Shown piece by piece: positions 63,747-64,000 of a stretch of DNA of 64,000 bases. Origin of the DNA: Candidatus Gastranaerophilales bacterium (GTDB lineage Bacteria; Cyanobacteriota; Vampirovibrionia; Gastranaerophilales; Gastranaerophilaceae). The notes under the pieces are model-generated. The model was not told the DNA's origin, made no database searches, and saw nothing but the letters and a program-made list of their open reading frames with translations. The stretch is from assembly GCA_944324865.1 (NCBI GenBank), contig CALUXW010000004.1:7378-71377 (forward strand), given 5' to 3'. Every line of letters begins with the position of its first letter. Position 1 is the first letter of the stretch. The translations under genes and the position numbers were made by a program.

Positions 63747-64000
63747 CTATTTAATTTGTTTTGCAATAAGATTTTTTGCAAATTCAAGCTGTCTGTCAAA
63801 ATTTTTATTAACGTCATCACGGGTAAAAGTGACTTCATAATCAGGCTCTATGCCTTTTTCGTTAATATCTGTGCCACTAGGTGTCAAATATTTGGCAATA
63901 GTTAAATTCATCCCCATTTGATTAGGTAAAGCATATATTTTTTGTACAACCCCTTTACCAAAAGTTTTCGTGCCCACTATTTTTGCCCGATTATTATCCT
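63747..64000 (-). CDS. C-terminal processing peptidase (S41 family), C-terminal fragment; gene continues past the right edge
   Basis: RAKIVGTKTFGKGVVQKIYAL...AKYLTPSGTDINEKGIEPD is typical of S41A Ctp. The frame stays open to position 64000, and the GTG at 63977 in the ORF track is not the real start. Confidence 0.8.
   Translation of the reverse strand, partial: DNNRAKIVGTKTFGKGVVQKIYALPNQMGMNLTIAKYLTPSGTDINEKGIEPDYEVTFTRDDVNKNFDRQLEFAKNLIAKQIK

Noticed and set aside
1-64000. CRISPR arrays, tRNA or rRNA genes, insertion sequences, integrases, prophage or toxin-antitoxin modules.
   Set aside because: None was seen. No direct-repeat/spacer periodicity, no cloverleaf-like GC-rich 75-nt islands in spacers, and no transposase, integrase or phage-structural motifs appear in any translated ORF.

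Overview
The window is an AT-rich (about one-third G+C by eye, not computed), tightly packed bacterial chromosomal segment with about 60 protein genes. Many gene junctions overlap by 1-30 nt, and the only sizeable non-coding stretch is a 600-bp spacer at 48983-49582.

Content is mostly core housekeeping:
- dgt-dnaG-rpoD, then gmk-coaBC-NIF3-aroC-aroK-aroB and spmA-spmB.
- A long minus-strand run: small Cys protein, TPR, Tic20-like, FliO-like, NeuB-like, KdsC-like, TPR, lysC, LdpA-like Fe-S protein, tilS, hpt.
- gshB, DAHP synthase, and glyQ followed by two tandem APC permeases.
- A GAF/HD-GYP protein, metX-metW and tpiA.
- A type IV pilus operon: PilP/GspC-like protein, PilQ secretin, PilB, PilC.
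- obg, rny-ymdB-PHP, ruvC, mtnA and glmS.
- A radical-SAM/SPASM, M16 peptidase and Ski2-like helicase operon.
- dnaA (TTG start, no dnaN beside it), tsaD and a partial S41 peptidase.

I recognised no rRNA, tRNA, CRISPR array, transposase, integrase or phage gene, so this reads as core genome rather than an accessory island.

The gene mix suggests an uncultured low-GC diderm. An outer-membrane secretin sits alongside Firmicute-like rny-ymdB, spmAB and tilS-hpt synteny, plus LdpA-like and Tic20-like proteins typical of the cyanobacterial lineage. A Melainabacteria/Vampirovibrionia-type organism is a reasonable guess, but it is only an inference.

No clear novel multi-gene system stood out. The points most worth follow-up are:
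1. A recurring promoter geometry that places a -10 hexamer exactly 6 nt before the ATG of many operon-first genes, implying leaderless mRNAs.
2. A PilB with an MshEN-type tandem 24-residue motif, and poly-acidic tracts in three consecutive pilus proteins.
3. An HD-GYP domain with degenerate metal-binding residues.
4. A three-member family of unknown membrane proteins sharing an N-terminal x-F-[KS]-G motif, plus a nearby protein with a PARP-like H-Y-E signature.
5. A complete 26-codon mini-gene and a candidate small RNA inside the 600-bp spacer.

All functional calls come from motif recognition in the supplied translations. No database search was run.
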